From Moniliella sp. 'wahieum' (Eukaryota), in NCBI GenBank assembly GCA_003971905.1, contig RSEE01000009.1, positions 124,001 to 188,000 of the forward strand: 64,000 nucleotides of DNA. The letters are read 5' to 3'. The position numbers were made by a program, and so were the translations under genes. Every line of letters starts with the position of its first letter. The stretch's first letter is position 1. Positions 37,074-48,903 of the stretch are shown here, piece after piece. The notes beneath the pieces were generated by a model. The model was given only the letters and a program-made list of their open reading frames with translations, had not been told where the DNA came from and ran no database searches.

Positions 37074-38398
37074 ATGTCCATGCCGCCCCGCAAGCGCCCT
37101 GCCACCACCCGCACCCGGGCCGCTCGCAGTGCCAACCGCACCCTCCAAGCGCCTGCGGAGGCCTCCGTGCCCCAAGAACAGCACTCTGTCCTTCCTGAGC
37201 AGGCGCGGCTACGGCGGAGGAACAGAGCGAGGAAGCCCACACACTCCTTCCCAAAGCGGAAACCAAGGAAGGTGGACACAGGTAGAGGAAAAGGAAAAGG
37301 AGCAGGTGCAGGTGCAGGAGCAGGAGCCCGAACCGGAGGAATGCGTGGTCCTTACGCGTCCTACTCGCTCACCCACCACGACACCCGCTCCCGCTGAGGT
37401 TCCTAGCCCCACACCCACTCTTGAAGCGCACAAGGACAAGGAAGTTCCCTCCCCCACCTTACTTTCTCCTACGCTTGCGTCTGTCTCTTCCCAACCGCCC
37501 ACCCCGGATGTTACTGAGCTTCGCCCTCCGCTTCCAGAGGGCAAGAACCCCTTCTGTCCCAAGCCCAGGCAGAAGTCAAGTTGCAAATCCTCCAACGCCG
37601 CGTGGATGGGGAAGAGCGAGACATTCTAGTGGGACGAATGAAGCTTCCTGTTCCTCAGGGCAAAGGACATGTGTTTCTCTTGAAGCGCTTTGACGTCCCG
37701 GCTATTATGGCACCACGATGTTTGACCTTGCCTTCCCCTCGGCAAGCGAGGAGGAGAAGGAGAGGGAGATGCACATTGTCTCTACCTTTCTACCGTAGAC
37801 GCTTCTACCCTCTTTCCCGGAACCTGGATCGTCGTCTCTGACGCACAGACTTTGGCCGACGACTACGGCATTGGGCACTTGCTTCGCCCCTTGATCCAGG
37901 CGCAGGCCACGATCCTGCGCGGCTCTGCGTACTTTGTGGACTACGAAGGGAAGCCCACCTTACTGCCAACGGCAAGCCCTTGTCCGAGGACGATGCAACT
38001 CGCATCACTACCCCACCACTGCGAGGCAGAAACGGAGACGGTGCATGTACTTGGCAACGCCCAGGAGGCTCTTGTTGCTGCTCAGGAGCAAGCCAAGGCC
38101 ATCCAATCCTCTGCCCCTGCCTCGAGCCACGCCAAGCGTCGGGCGGATGCAATGGACAACGGATCCGTCTCTCCCGCTGCCCCTTCTCACCCTCTCCTGT
38201 GCAGGAAGGAAGATCATCACGCCTGCCCGGGTGCGGGCCCTGGTGCATGCTCACCCGGTCGCTTCCGTTGCCGGGGTGGCCGGCGCCGGTCTGGCTGCTA
38301 CGGCGGCTGGGATCGTGTCTGGTTTGCTTCCTTCGGGGTTGGGTGGTGCGGCCGTCGTCCAAAGTGGCCTGGGCAACGTCCAGCACTGGTTTGCCTAG
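37074..38398 (+). CDS. APSES/KilA-N domain protein with C-terminal TM segment (Bqt4-like)
   Basis: Basic N-terminus; HVFLLKRFD...TMFDLAFPSASEEEKEREM...GTWI...LADDYGIGHLLRPLI (KilA-N-like); C-terminal hydrophobic VAGVAGAGLAATAAGIV...WFA*. Confidence 0.65.
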
Positions 38399-40668
38399 CT
38401 AATCGACTGAGACTGAGTGCCCGGCTTCTCCTCCACCCCACTATACCGTCTTATCTCCCACTTGACCCGACCTACCCTTTGACACTCGTTCTTTCGTGGC
38501 CAAGTACCCTCGTTTACCTCTCTTTGGTCCCCTTGGATCGCTCTACCCTACGCTCTACCTATATCTGTGATGTGCTGCTGTTTAACGCCTTGTGTCCTAA
38601 TGCGCAAACTTATTCCTGAATCCATTGGATGCTGTGACCTAGCGTAACCATGAGACACCATGCGCTAGCTCTTCGTGCCTCGATCCATAAGATTCTGAGA
38701 CCTGATGGCTTGGAGGGGCGCATATAGAAACGAGTGCATTATGTCCGAGTTGTCTTTCTCGTCTTTTATATTGTGCCTTTTGGGTTTTGCTGCCAAACAC
38801 GCGTATGCCCTTCAGATATTCAGATTCGGCCAGTGTTGCGCTTTGTAGAAGGACTTTTCGGCCGATCATTAAAGCCAGGAGCGGATGTCGCGAGCAGGTG
38901 ATCGCGGTGATCGATCGGTGCAGCCTCTGCCGAGCCGTTGCCGAATAAGACGGCCGGGGGGCGCCCACGGCTGGCGACCACTGGCGCTTTGGCGGCTACG
39001 AAAACAACTTTGTGGTAAGCGGTGAAATGTTCAGCTCCCTCAATCTAATCAATCAATCCCAGCCCCTCGTCACTAGTCACTTCTTCTCCCCACCACGATC
39101 GCCAGAAACAGTCGATGCTGTGCGCTTCTCGGCCCAGCTTCTCCACCAAGTCGTCCGAGCGCAACGGGGGTTCGTAACACGAACTCTCCCCACAAAAAGG
39201 GCCTGCTTTATTCCTCTAGGGGGGGAGGGGGGGGGTCGGTCGGCCGAGGCCAGGAACCCTCCTGGCACCGTACCTCTTCTTTCTCCAACCAACCCAAATG
39301 TACGTCTCCCCTCACAACGTGCCACATTCCAACCGCTTGATGTGAGCAGCAAGGAAACTAATCCACCACAACGGCAGAGGAACGTCCACCCCCAAATCAG
39401 CCTTCCAAGCAAGTGTGATCCAATGCTGATCCCATGGGGGACGTGGGTGGCCCGCAACCCTTTCCCCATTCGATCAGAGCCGACCCTTAAGCGCGCGCAA
39501 ACGGCGAAGAAAGAATTGGTTAGGTGGATGAACTCGATGAGCGCACCAGGGACAAAACAACACCTGGGCATCCCTATATGTGCGGATAGTCGCCTGTGGT
39601 CACATCATGTGGGCGAAAAGGGTGTGTCTCATCACTCAAGGCGGAGTACGATCTTTTCCCCCTCCTTCACTTTCCAGCACAGGTTGCGTTTTTTACATTG
39701 AGAATGGGAAACAACACTGGCTCTACCGGTACGCAACAGAACCCCCACTGTCGTTGAGACGGGCGCCTTTCGGAGACGCCAAATGGACGGACCAGATGTG
39801 GAGATGGAGCGCAGCTTTTGTTTCGGTTCGTTTTGTCTCGGTCAAGAATTCACCTACCACCCCCCACCACCACGAGATGAGACTTGCGTTCCTCTTGTCT
39901 CTGAACCCACAAGATCTCCCCCGTCTGCGCCGTGCCGGCAAGCCAATGCACACGGGATGCTGTGGCAAGTGCGCATACGGTGGCCATCTGTCCCGTCCCG
40001 CGCCATGTACCTCTGCCCTCGCTATCCTCCGCTATCCATTGCGGCGAACCCGGACATTGCCATCGTTGACCTACCTGTTACCTGTTATGCATTATGGCCG
40101 ATACCCACGGCCCCCGCTCACGACGGGACCAAGCTGGGATTGGCTTCCCCACCTGCCGGGCCGCCGTTCGAACCACGTGGCCGAGCGACGGAAGACGCGG
40201 AAGGCAAGAACGCCTGGATGGGGCGCTTTGCTGGGGCAGGCTACAAGGCAAGCGGATGCGTGGGCGCGGGCGGGGGGCGACGCACGAGGCGGATGGTCGA
40301 TGAGGATGGCCCGAAGGCGGCCTGAGGCGCGCTGGCTGGGGTGGGTGACGCGGGCAAGTGGCATGCTGGGTGGACGCGGCGGAGGGGGACCGGTGAGCCG
40401 GTGAGGCCGAGGGCGGGTGGTGCGCAGAGAGGCGCTGGACACTGGCGCTGGGCGGGGCGGCTGCGGCTAGCTGCCGAGGTGTGACATGTGACGGGGACGG
40501 TGACGGGGCCGCGTGAGGGCGCCGGAGATGTGACGGGCGCGTGACGAGACGGTGACGGGGCCTGCGCCCCTGCTTCTGCTGACCTAATCCGCCGGCCAAG
40601 CCGCGGCAGGCGGCCCCCAGCCCAGCAGCCTCGCCGCCGCCGCGTCTCTTTTCCTCTGCTGCCCACCA

Positions 40669-43600
40669 ATGTCGACCCACAGCACCACCCCTCCCGGCCC
40701 GCCCGGGCGGCAGCGCAAGCGCCGTGGCGGCCGCAACCGCGAGCGCGACCGCGAGCCGCGCGCTCGAGTGGCGCGCACCCCGCTCCCGCTCCGTCTCCCA
40801 CGAGCGCCTCCCCCCCGAGTACGTCCGCTACTGGGGCGAGCGCCCGTCGCCGCCACGCGCCAGCCCACCGCTGTATGCCCGCGGCCGCTCCGTCCCGCTC
40901 GGCATGCCCCCTCCCTCGGCATCCATCCCGCTCTTCTCCCCCGGCACCGCGCCTCCCGTCCGCCCCCGGCATCGTACCCTCGTCGCCCCCCCTGCCCCCT
41001 CCTCGCAGGCGCTCTGGCGCTGGCAGGGGCCGTGGCCCCCCCCTCTCGCCAATTCTCTCCCACCGGACGGATCCCAGCCCGCATTCCGTCCTTGGGGTGG
41101 CGAAGTGCGCGAGCCACGGCCGTGGGGACGCCCCTTCCGCCCCCCGCCACCCAGCCTGCCTCTCCCTCCCTCTCCAGCCCGCCACCACGACACGCCACAC
41201 TGCTCCCGCGCCGCTCGTGGTCGTCGCAATCATCAGTCGAGGAGGGCAGGCAGAAGAGGACTCTTCCCTGCGAGGCGAGCGGGACTCTATCGCCTCTTCT
41301 CCCCGGCGAGCTGCACCGGTGCACATCAAGCAGGAAGACCTGGGACGCCCTGTCTGGTGGTGTGGAGGAACCCGGTCCTACCCCAACTGTCCCTGTAGCC
41401 GACGCGGCAATCAAGGTCGAGCCAGCTGTGGAGAACCTGAGCCTTTGCTCGAGCCAGGACATACCTCGTCAGTCGTTCCAGTGGAGGCTGTGCCCAATGT
41501 AGATAGGTCGATGCAGCTCCCGAGCCTGCCGAGTCTCGTCCAGCAAGCACGCCACCGCCTGCGCCTTCAGCTGTGCCTGCGCCTGATCCATCTTCCCAGG
41601 CTGCGCATGTGCCTCCGTCCAATCCTGAACCTGCGGGTTCTCCTATTGACGCCCCCCTCTGGAGACGAGGGAATCGTCTCCCCCAATCGTGGCCACACCT
41701 CTTGCACCTACAACGCCCGCCCCTCCTTTTGTGGATGGAAACGAGGTACCGCGGGAGGTTGCTGGTTCTACAGCGTCCACCACCGAAGCCACGCTCGTCC
41801 CACCCGCCGAGCCTGTGTCTTCAGTCGAGATTGAGACTGCATGCAAAACCACCAACCTTGCTCCCTCTCTTGACGCCGAGGGCCTTCCCCAGGATTCAGC
41901 TCCTGGTCATACGGAGCTCTCCCTCCCTACGGATCCCCATTTGTCGGAGCACATCCCTGAGCCTTCCGCCCAGACCGCCATCGAGACCAATACCGAATCC
42001 ATGGTACGTGCCTTCTTCCTCCATACTGTGGCAAGGAAACTGACCATTCACTTCTCATCAGATGCGCCCCAGCCTAAGGAAAACGCAGGCATGGAAAAAG
42101 TCGAGGCTGCAGCCTCCATGACCAAGGTCGTCCAGGAACCATCTCTTCCCCCAAGGGAAGGGACACAAGAGGCTGACATCCTGGAGATGAGAACACACAC
42201 GCCTCCTTTTCCTGATGCGCCCCCAGCCTCGGCCGTCGTTCCATCTTCGGTTGCGTCGCCTGCTTTGGTGCCATCACGTTCTGTTCCGCTCGCGTCTGCT
42301 CCGCAATGTCTGCTTTGTCGCTTGAGCCTGAGCCATCGGCTGCGCCAGCTCTTGTTCCAGAAAACGTCCGCTCGGATCAGGCTACGCCCGTCCTAGAAGG
42401 CCTCGCTCATCCTGCTGAACCTGCCTGTGGGAACAGTTTCTTTGGCCGCCACTCGTTTCGCCTTCCCCCCCAAACTGGACGCAGGGGATGCTGCACCGGA
42501 CAGTATATCTCCCCTCGTCACGTTGGCCAACCTGGCGGCTCAGTCGCCTACACTCCCTTCAGGTGTGTTCCCCCCACCCTTGGTGACCAACCCCTCAGCC
42601 GAGTCCGTCCCGCGTAGCTCCATTACTGGGTCAAACGAACCGGTCGAGGAACCCCCGACGGAGAACGGCGGCATCAATGGTCTGGGAGCCCATGTGGATG
42701 GGTCGATATCACCCAAGGAAGTCCCGCCGATCACAGAATTCAAAGCCACCTCCCTCGACTGCGCTCTCGGCTCCGGCTCCTGTGCCGTTGGATGCGGATA
42801 CCACCATCCCTTTGGAGTTCCCCCTCCAATTCCTAACTAGGACTGGGGCCCGTTGCCCTCAGCCTACGCAAAGAGGAGCCAACTACTCCCTCTCATGCCC
42901 TGAGTACTGATCTCCGTTCAGCCTGAACTGGCCGAGCCGGAGGCGATGGAGGTTGATCGTCCTGTCGCCGAGCACGTACCGGAAAGTGAACCCGCTGACC
43001 TCCCCGTCCAAGAGAGAAAAAGTTCGACCAACGATGTGGAGATGGGCGAGGCCGAAGCGGACCACCCTGACGAGGGTGACGTTTCTCCCTCAGAGTCGGA
43101 GGTGGAACGAAAACGGACCCTGCTGGAGCGCAACATTATGCATCGGCTCTCGGATCCAGTGAAGGAACGGAGAGAGGAGACTGAGATTTACCGTGTCAAT
43201 CGGAAGGTGGCAGAGTCGATGCATGACACCCTGATTGCCCCACGAGCCTTTCCTGATCAAGTCTACTTTGAAGCGGGTCCACTGTGGTTGGACATGAAAT
43301 CGGCCGAGCTGAAAGCGACCGAATTGGCCATCATGGAGCGTGAGGCTGCGACACAGCAGCGACTGCTCGACAAGGTGAGGAAGCTCAAGGAAGAGTACCG
43401 AGACTTGAATCGCAAGTGGCTGATCCATTGCCGCATGCTGGACGAGTGGAACGAGCGCAAGGAACGTGCCGAAGCAGCCGCCGAGGCCACATCTGCCCAC
43501 AACGAGCCTGAGCCTGTGGGCTCTGTGTCGGTCACTCCCATTCCTGGCAGGGCAAATCGGAGGAACAATCATCATGCTTCCCAGGGGATGGGACCGGGGG

Positions 43601-46600
43601 GCTTCGCCGCCGATGCTGTCCGATCCGAAGCGGAGTTTCTCGAGATTCTTGCGTCGTTGGAAAGCGCGGACATGCAGGACCCGACGATGCGGGCGGCCCG
43701 GACTACAGCCAAGTTGCCCGACCAAGTTCTTAACCCCGACTCGGACACAAAGGTGTTGATGGAGACGTATGACGACTCCAACCACCAAGTGCATGATCCT
43801 GTGGCGTTTTACCTGGATGACTTTGCGCCCCCGCTGTGGACCGAGGAAGAGGAGAGCACGTTCAAGCGTCGCTTCAGCCTGTCCCAAGCAGTTTGGCAAG
43901 ATTGCTGCTGCGTTGCCATACAAGACCCCCGAGGACTGCGTTCGGTTTTACTATGCAACCAAGAAACTGCCGGGTTGGGACTACCGCGCTCTTGCCGCCG
44001 GTCGGTCGGGGGGAGGAAAGAAGAAGAAAACGACGCGTAAGACCAAGAAGGCGCGAGGCAACGCGCTCATGGTAGATGTCGCTTCCGCTTCCAACAAGGC
44101 GGACGTGGCCGATGGAGCAGAGGAGAGCACGACTGCAGGAGGAGATAAACGGAAATCTCTCAATTCGACTGGCCCAAGTCCTGTTCTTGGCTCTGCGCCC
44201 CACCCACATTTAGGCGCAGGCGATTCAGACGCACCCTCTCCCACGATCACAGCACCCACGCTAGGGCGCAAACGCTCGGCCCCGGACACGGCTGTGGGAG
44301 ATGATGAGACGAAAGGCTCCAAGAAGCGTGCGCGTAAACCGCCGGCGAATGGGCGAAAGAAGTCTCGTTCTGGCCCGGCGACGAACCCTGGGACGGAGAC
44401 GCCCCCACTGCGTCTGGTGTGGGCGACACGAGCGGTGAGACGCCTTCTGCTTCCACGGGGAGGGAGGCGGCGACGTGTTTGGGGATCTTGCTGCCGCCGC
44501 TGCACTTGAAGCACTTGCGGGCGCGGGCGCGCCTCCCAAGCCTACACCGGCAGGGGACAAAAAGAAACGGGCAAAAGGCAACACCACCTCCTTCTGGTCC
44601 CAAGCAGAGCGTACCGAGTTTCTCCGTTCCTTGGCTGTGTACGGCAAGGCGTGGACAACAATGTGTAGCACACTTGCTTCCAAGAGCGCAGCCCAGGCAC
44701 GCAACTACTACCGCCGGCATGAGAATGACGAGGAGGTCCGTGCGGCGCTGACCTTTGCGGAGACCAACAAGCCTCGGCCTGTGGAGGCGCGTCGGGCGGA
44801 TGCGGAGAGATGTTTCCTGAGGTCGAAGAGCCTGCTCCGGCCCCGGCGATGGAAATGCAGCGCAGCGCAAGCACAGGAAGTGGGCCCGCGGCTCCGGCTC
44901 CAGCTAAGCCGGGCTCGGCGGGGCAGGCACGGCTACCACGTCTACCACGTCTACCACTGCGGCGGTCAATGCGGCCCACGTGCTGGTCTATGGGCAGCAT
45001 CCCGCGGCCCCTCCCAAGCCCATGGGGCCTCGAATGGGAGCGTTTACCCCCGACTTGCATGCTCCGGCCGGGCCCCGTGGCAGTTACCCCCCTGCCCCGG
45101 CGAGCGGCACGGGAGCGCCCCCTTCGGGGTCTGGCTCCGGTTCGGGTTCGGGTGCGGGTTCGGGATCGGGATCGGGCTCAACGTCGACCGGTTCGGTAGT
45201 GGGGGCTACGCCAAGGCGGGTACAGGGCCTCCCTATTCTCACCTTCCGGCTCAGCTAGCGACGTCGCAGTACCCTCACATTGCCCGCCTACCTACACGGG
45301 ACAATACCAGGGCGCGCCCCTTTCGTCCCACTACCTGCCCCCCCAACTCCGCACCGCCTCAGCCCCACCTGGCCAGCAGTACGCCCCTCGCCTGCTCCTG
45401 GGCTTACCCCCGTCCATCCGCAGCCCGAGATGCGTCGGTTCCACGATCTGATCCACGCCTCTGCCCCGGTCTCTGCCTCGGCCTCAGGCCCCGCTCAAGC
45501 TCCCGCTCCAGGTGCTACTCCAGGTGCTGCTCCAGGTGCTGCACCTGCTCCCGCTCCCGCTCCTGCACCTGCCCCCGCACCTGCTCCAGCTTCTGCCTCC
45601 GCAGCCGCCCCCGCACCATCTGCGCCGTCGTCGGCACCCGCGGGTGCATCGGTCGCACCCGATGCCCACATTCCCTCCCGATCTATGAGCCCTCTTATGG
45701 CGCGAGCTGCAACAGGGGCAAATGCGTCACCACCGCCGACTTCGCCTCCTGCAACGGGAAGGTCCCAAGGCCCGCAGATGCACATCCAGCCTGCTTCGCC
45801 TGTGCGTCCGTCGGGACCGACTCGGTCGTTGGGGATTAGAAACTTGCTTAACTCTGATCCACCTGTACGAGCCAGATCGGCGTCTCACCCGTCCAACCCC
45901 ACCTCCCCTGCGGCAGCAACCATGCACCCCTCCCACTCATGCCGCCGGCAAGCACACGCCCTTCAAGGGGGCCAAGCCCAGTGTCAGTTCCTATGGGGCG
46001 CGGTGCGAGCCGTTCCAACCAACCCCCGCAGGAGGCATCCCGCTCCGTTTCCTCCGATGCAGGCACCGACCCTCGCCGTCCGGCGCCAGGGGGGGATGAG
46101 ACGGACGAGGAGGAGACCAAGCCTCTGGAAAGCAAGGGGTCGTTGCCAGCTGCAACTCAGATGAGAGACTATCGTGGCATGGGGGACTCGGAGGGGACGC
46201 GGCAGCCCGATGATCGCCCACGGTCTGCTCCCGGTGCCGGTCGCTGCTGGCAGCCGGAGCAGGGGAAGAGACAGGACCAAAGTCCGGTGGGCGTAGCCCT
46301 GCTGATCACCCTCCGTCTGCGGCTGCCTCGACAGTTGGTGGAACGAACGGTCGCCGATGCAAGCGTTGATGCCACTGGGCGGGAGGACGCTTCCGTCTCA
46401 TTCGCACTCCCATTCGTACGGGCGTAGCTTTCCCCTTCCCAGCTTGGCCGCCACGTATGGTGGTCAACCGGGGGCCAAAGCATCTGGCTCGCCGCCGCTG
46501 TTGTCGCTGGGACTGCGTAGGCCAAGTGTAGGCCGATCCGGTTATACGTCCCGAACCTCCTCGGCGCCATCGCCTGGAGGTATGTTCCATGCCCGCACAG

Positions 46601-47132
46601 CCAGCAATGTGTCGCACCCAGCCACCTCCCCTTCCTCCACACCTGGGGGTGGGGGTCTCCCCCCGGCCCTGGGGGACGATACGAGCCATATGAGCGTGCG
46701 CCGATCGCTCGGCCCGAGTCGCGGGAACGGAGCCACGAGTATGCGCCGCCCCATCAGCTTCGCAGGGCGAGTATGAGCCGTATGCACCGGGTCGGATCCC
46801 TTCCTCGTCGGCCTCGGCCATTGTGCGCACCGGGTCAGGTCACCCATTGAGCCCAGTATACTCTGCCGCGCAATGGACGGGAGCCTGGTTCGGGAGCAGT
46901 GTCGCCCCAACTGTCGTCCACCCTACCCGGGGTCGACTCTTTCCGTTCTTCCCGCTATCAGGGGCGGTACAATCCTCTTGCACCGCATCTGTCTGCTGCG
47001 CGAGGCGGCGGTTCCTCTACCACCCCTTCGCCGAACCCTGTTCTGCCCCCTCTGGACCGTCCCGCTGGCACGCCATCTGGACTAGAGGGCTACCATTACC
47101 GTCCTCCGTACGAAGAGGCCCCAGACCGTTGA
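40669..47132 (+). CDS. SNT1: Snt1/NCoR-like double-SANT subunit of the Set3 HDAC complex; intron 42004-42061; many frameshifts, 3' end approximate
   Basis: LKEEYRDLNRKW coiled coil; DAVRSEAEFLEILASL; SANT1 WTEEEESTFKRRF..PKQFGKIAAALPYKTPEDCVRFYY; SANT2 SFWSQAERTEFLRSLAVYGKAW...KSAAQARNYY. Confidence 0.85.
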
Positions 47133-48035
47133 TCGCAGATCTAACTCTAGATCTATCTGTGTTGCGTGAATGTTTGTACTGTATGTTTACCTTCTCGAAT
47201 TGCTGCAAATGGCGTCACCTGTGCCGTGTGTGGGCTGGGGGAGGCGAAGGGCTTACTTAGTCGTCCAACAGGCGAGGCGCGAGAAGGTGGGACAAGTTGG
47301 GATACCCGGCAGTAGAGTAGGAAGTGGCACGGTAGACTGTGGGAAAGCTGGGGATGTTGGGACTGTGGGGTGGGCCCGGGGTCGATAAGGAGGTGGTCTA
47401 CAGGACGAGAGGACGGACTGCAGTGTGGTATCGGCATGGCCTGCTATTGGAATAGGAGAGGAAGTGATACATGGAAAGTCCCACTCAATGGCACTACAAA
47501 AGTTAGTAGTTGGTGCCATAGTAACCCTATACATGGGTTTGTCGCCAACAAGCACACTGAGGACACGCCGGATGAGCAGGTCGGTTTGGGCACAGACATT
47601 TCTTCTTCCACAACCATAAGCTTCGTAAATATATGGCTACAATAGCGTGCCTTTCAATGAAGCAGAACGCATTCTACACTATTTGCAAGGCAATCCACAT
47701 ACATAGTAGAGAGCGGGTACAGACGAGAGATTGTGTGTATGGTACTGCGCTGTACAATATAGTTTTGCCTAAATGTTCTTGATCAACAACAAGAGTCTGT
47801 GACTGGAACGGATGGACCACAGGTTAGAGACGACGAAACATTCGAGAAAAGGATTGATTGTGCTCATTCACCATAAGACAGTAGAGTATTGCGAATGACA
47901 GAGCATGTTTTTTTGGTCCAAATGAGGCCTATTGCTTGTACTGGTAAGGCCTTGTGCCTGCTTGGGATCCGTAACGAGATTCAAAGTACCTGTACTCTCT
48001 CTCCTCCTCGTCGAGACCATCACCGGGGTCGTATT

Positions 48036-48903
48036 TCAATCTTTCCGTCCAGTCTGATACGTAGCCTTCTTTCCACTCGCTAGAAACTTGGCCAACTTCT
48101 CCTGTGAGGGGGACAACTTTTGGAGTAATGGGGTCATACGCATTCTCTTCCTTACTTTCCCCAGCGTTGAAGACTCGTTCCGCCCAAAAGAAGTATCAAG
48201 CTCAACACCCATGCAAATAGGAGCATCCAGATAAAGACGGTGGCCGCCACTTTGGCCGCACAAAACCCGCTCAACGCATGAAGATAGTCGTCCGGACGCT
48301 TTCCTTGTTTGAGGTGGGACACGTCGACTCCCGAGGGAAGGTTGCATTCTTTTGCCGTTACCGTCGAGACCGTTTGAGCAATGGATCCGATCAAGACAAA
48401 AATGATGGCACTTGCCCTTACAATCCACCCAGCTCGCCATTCCCTGAGAAAATGGGCGGCAGGGAGAAAAGGGCAGCTTTCCGGACAAACGAGACGGGAG
48501 AAGAAGTATGACGGTCATCAGTAGGCTAAACAATGCGATGAAGATAAGAAAGCCACTGAGTCCACTCGGATTGCCAAGCCAGTGACCTTGGAACCCAGCG
48601 AGGGCAGCAGCGCATATTGTCACGACAAGGGAAATGATCACTTGGAGGATTAGAACCCAGAATTCAGATCGAAGAGGAACCTGTGAAGATCCAGAGGGGG
48701 AGTCAGTTCAATTGTTGCTAGAGGGCATTAGAGGGATCCAGGAAAAAGAGCTGGGCATACCTTTGTGGTAGGCATAGTATGCCTCCAAAAGGTGCATGCC
48801 ATCCTTTTTGCTTTCCAGCAGCCTTTTCCTCGTCATAAGGGGGAGTCGCGTGCTTGTCGGCTTCCTGAGGAGCGGAGAGATACGATGTGCCCACCCCCAT
48901 CAT
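48036..48903 (-). CDS. Four-TM MARVEL-like membrane protein; probable intron ~48681-48760
   Basis: ILQVIISLVVTICAAALAGFQ...PSGLSGFLIFIALFSLL...IAQTVS...C...LSGFCAAKVAATVFIWM; GTATGC...CTGAC...CAG intron signals. Confidence 0.55.

Noticed and set aside
39012..40404. Long ORFs upstream of SNT1, and the many antisense or alternative-frame ORFs in the track
   Set aside because: No recognisable motifs; long shadow ORFs are expected in GC-rich DNA.
42901..42910. TGA-GTAC-TGA inside SNT1 as a 7-bp scar
   Set aside because: It lacks the 5-bp direct duplication seen in most intergenic cases and lies in coding sequence; compatible with chance.
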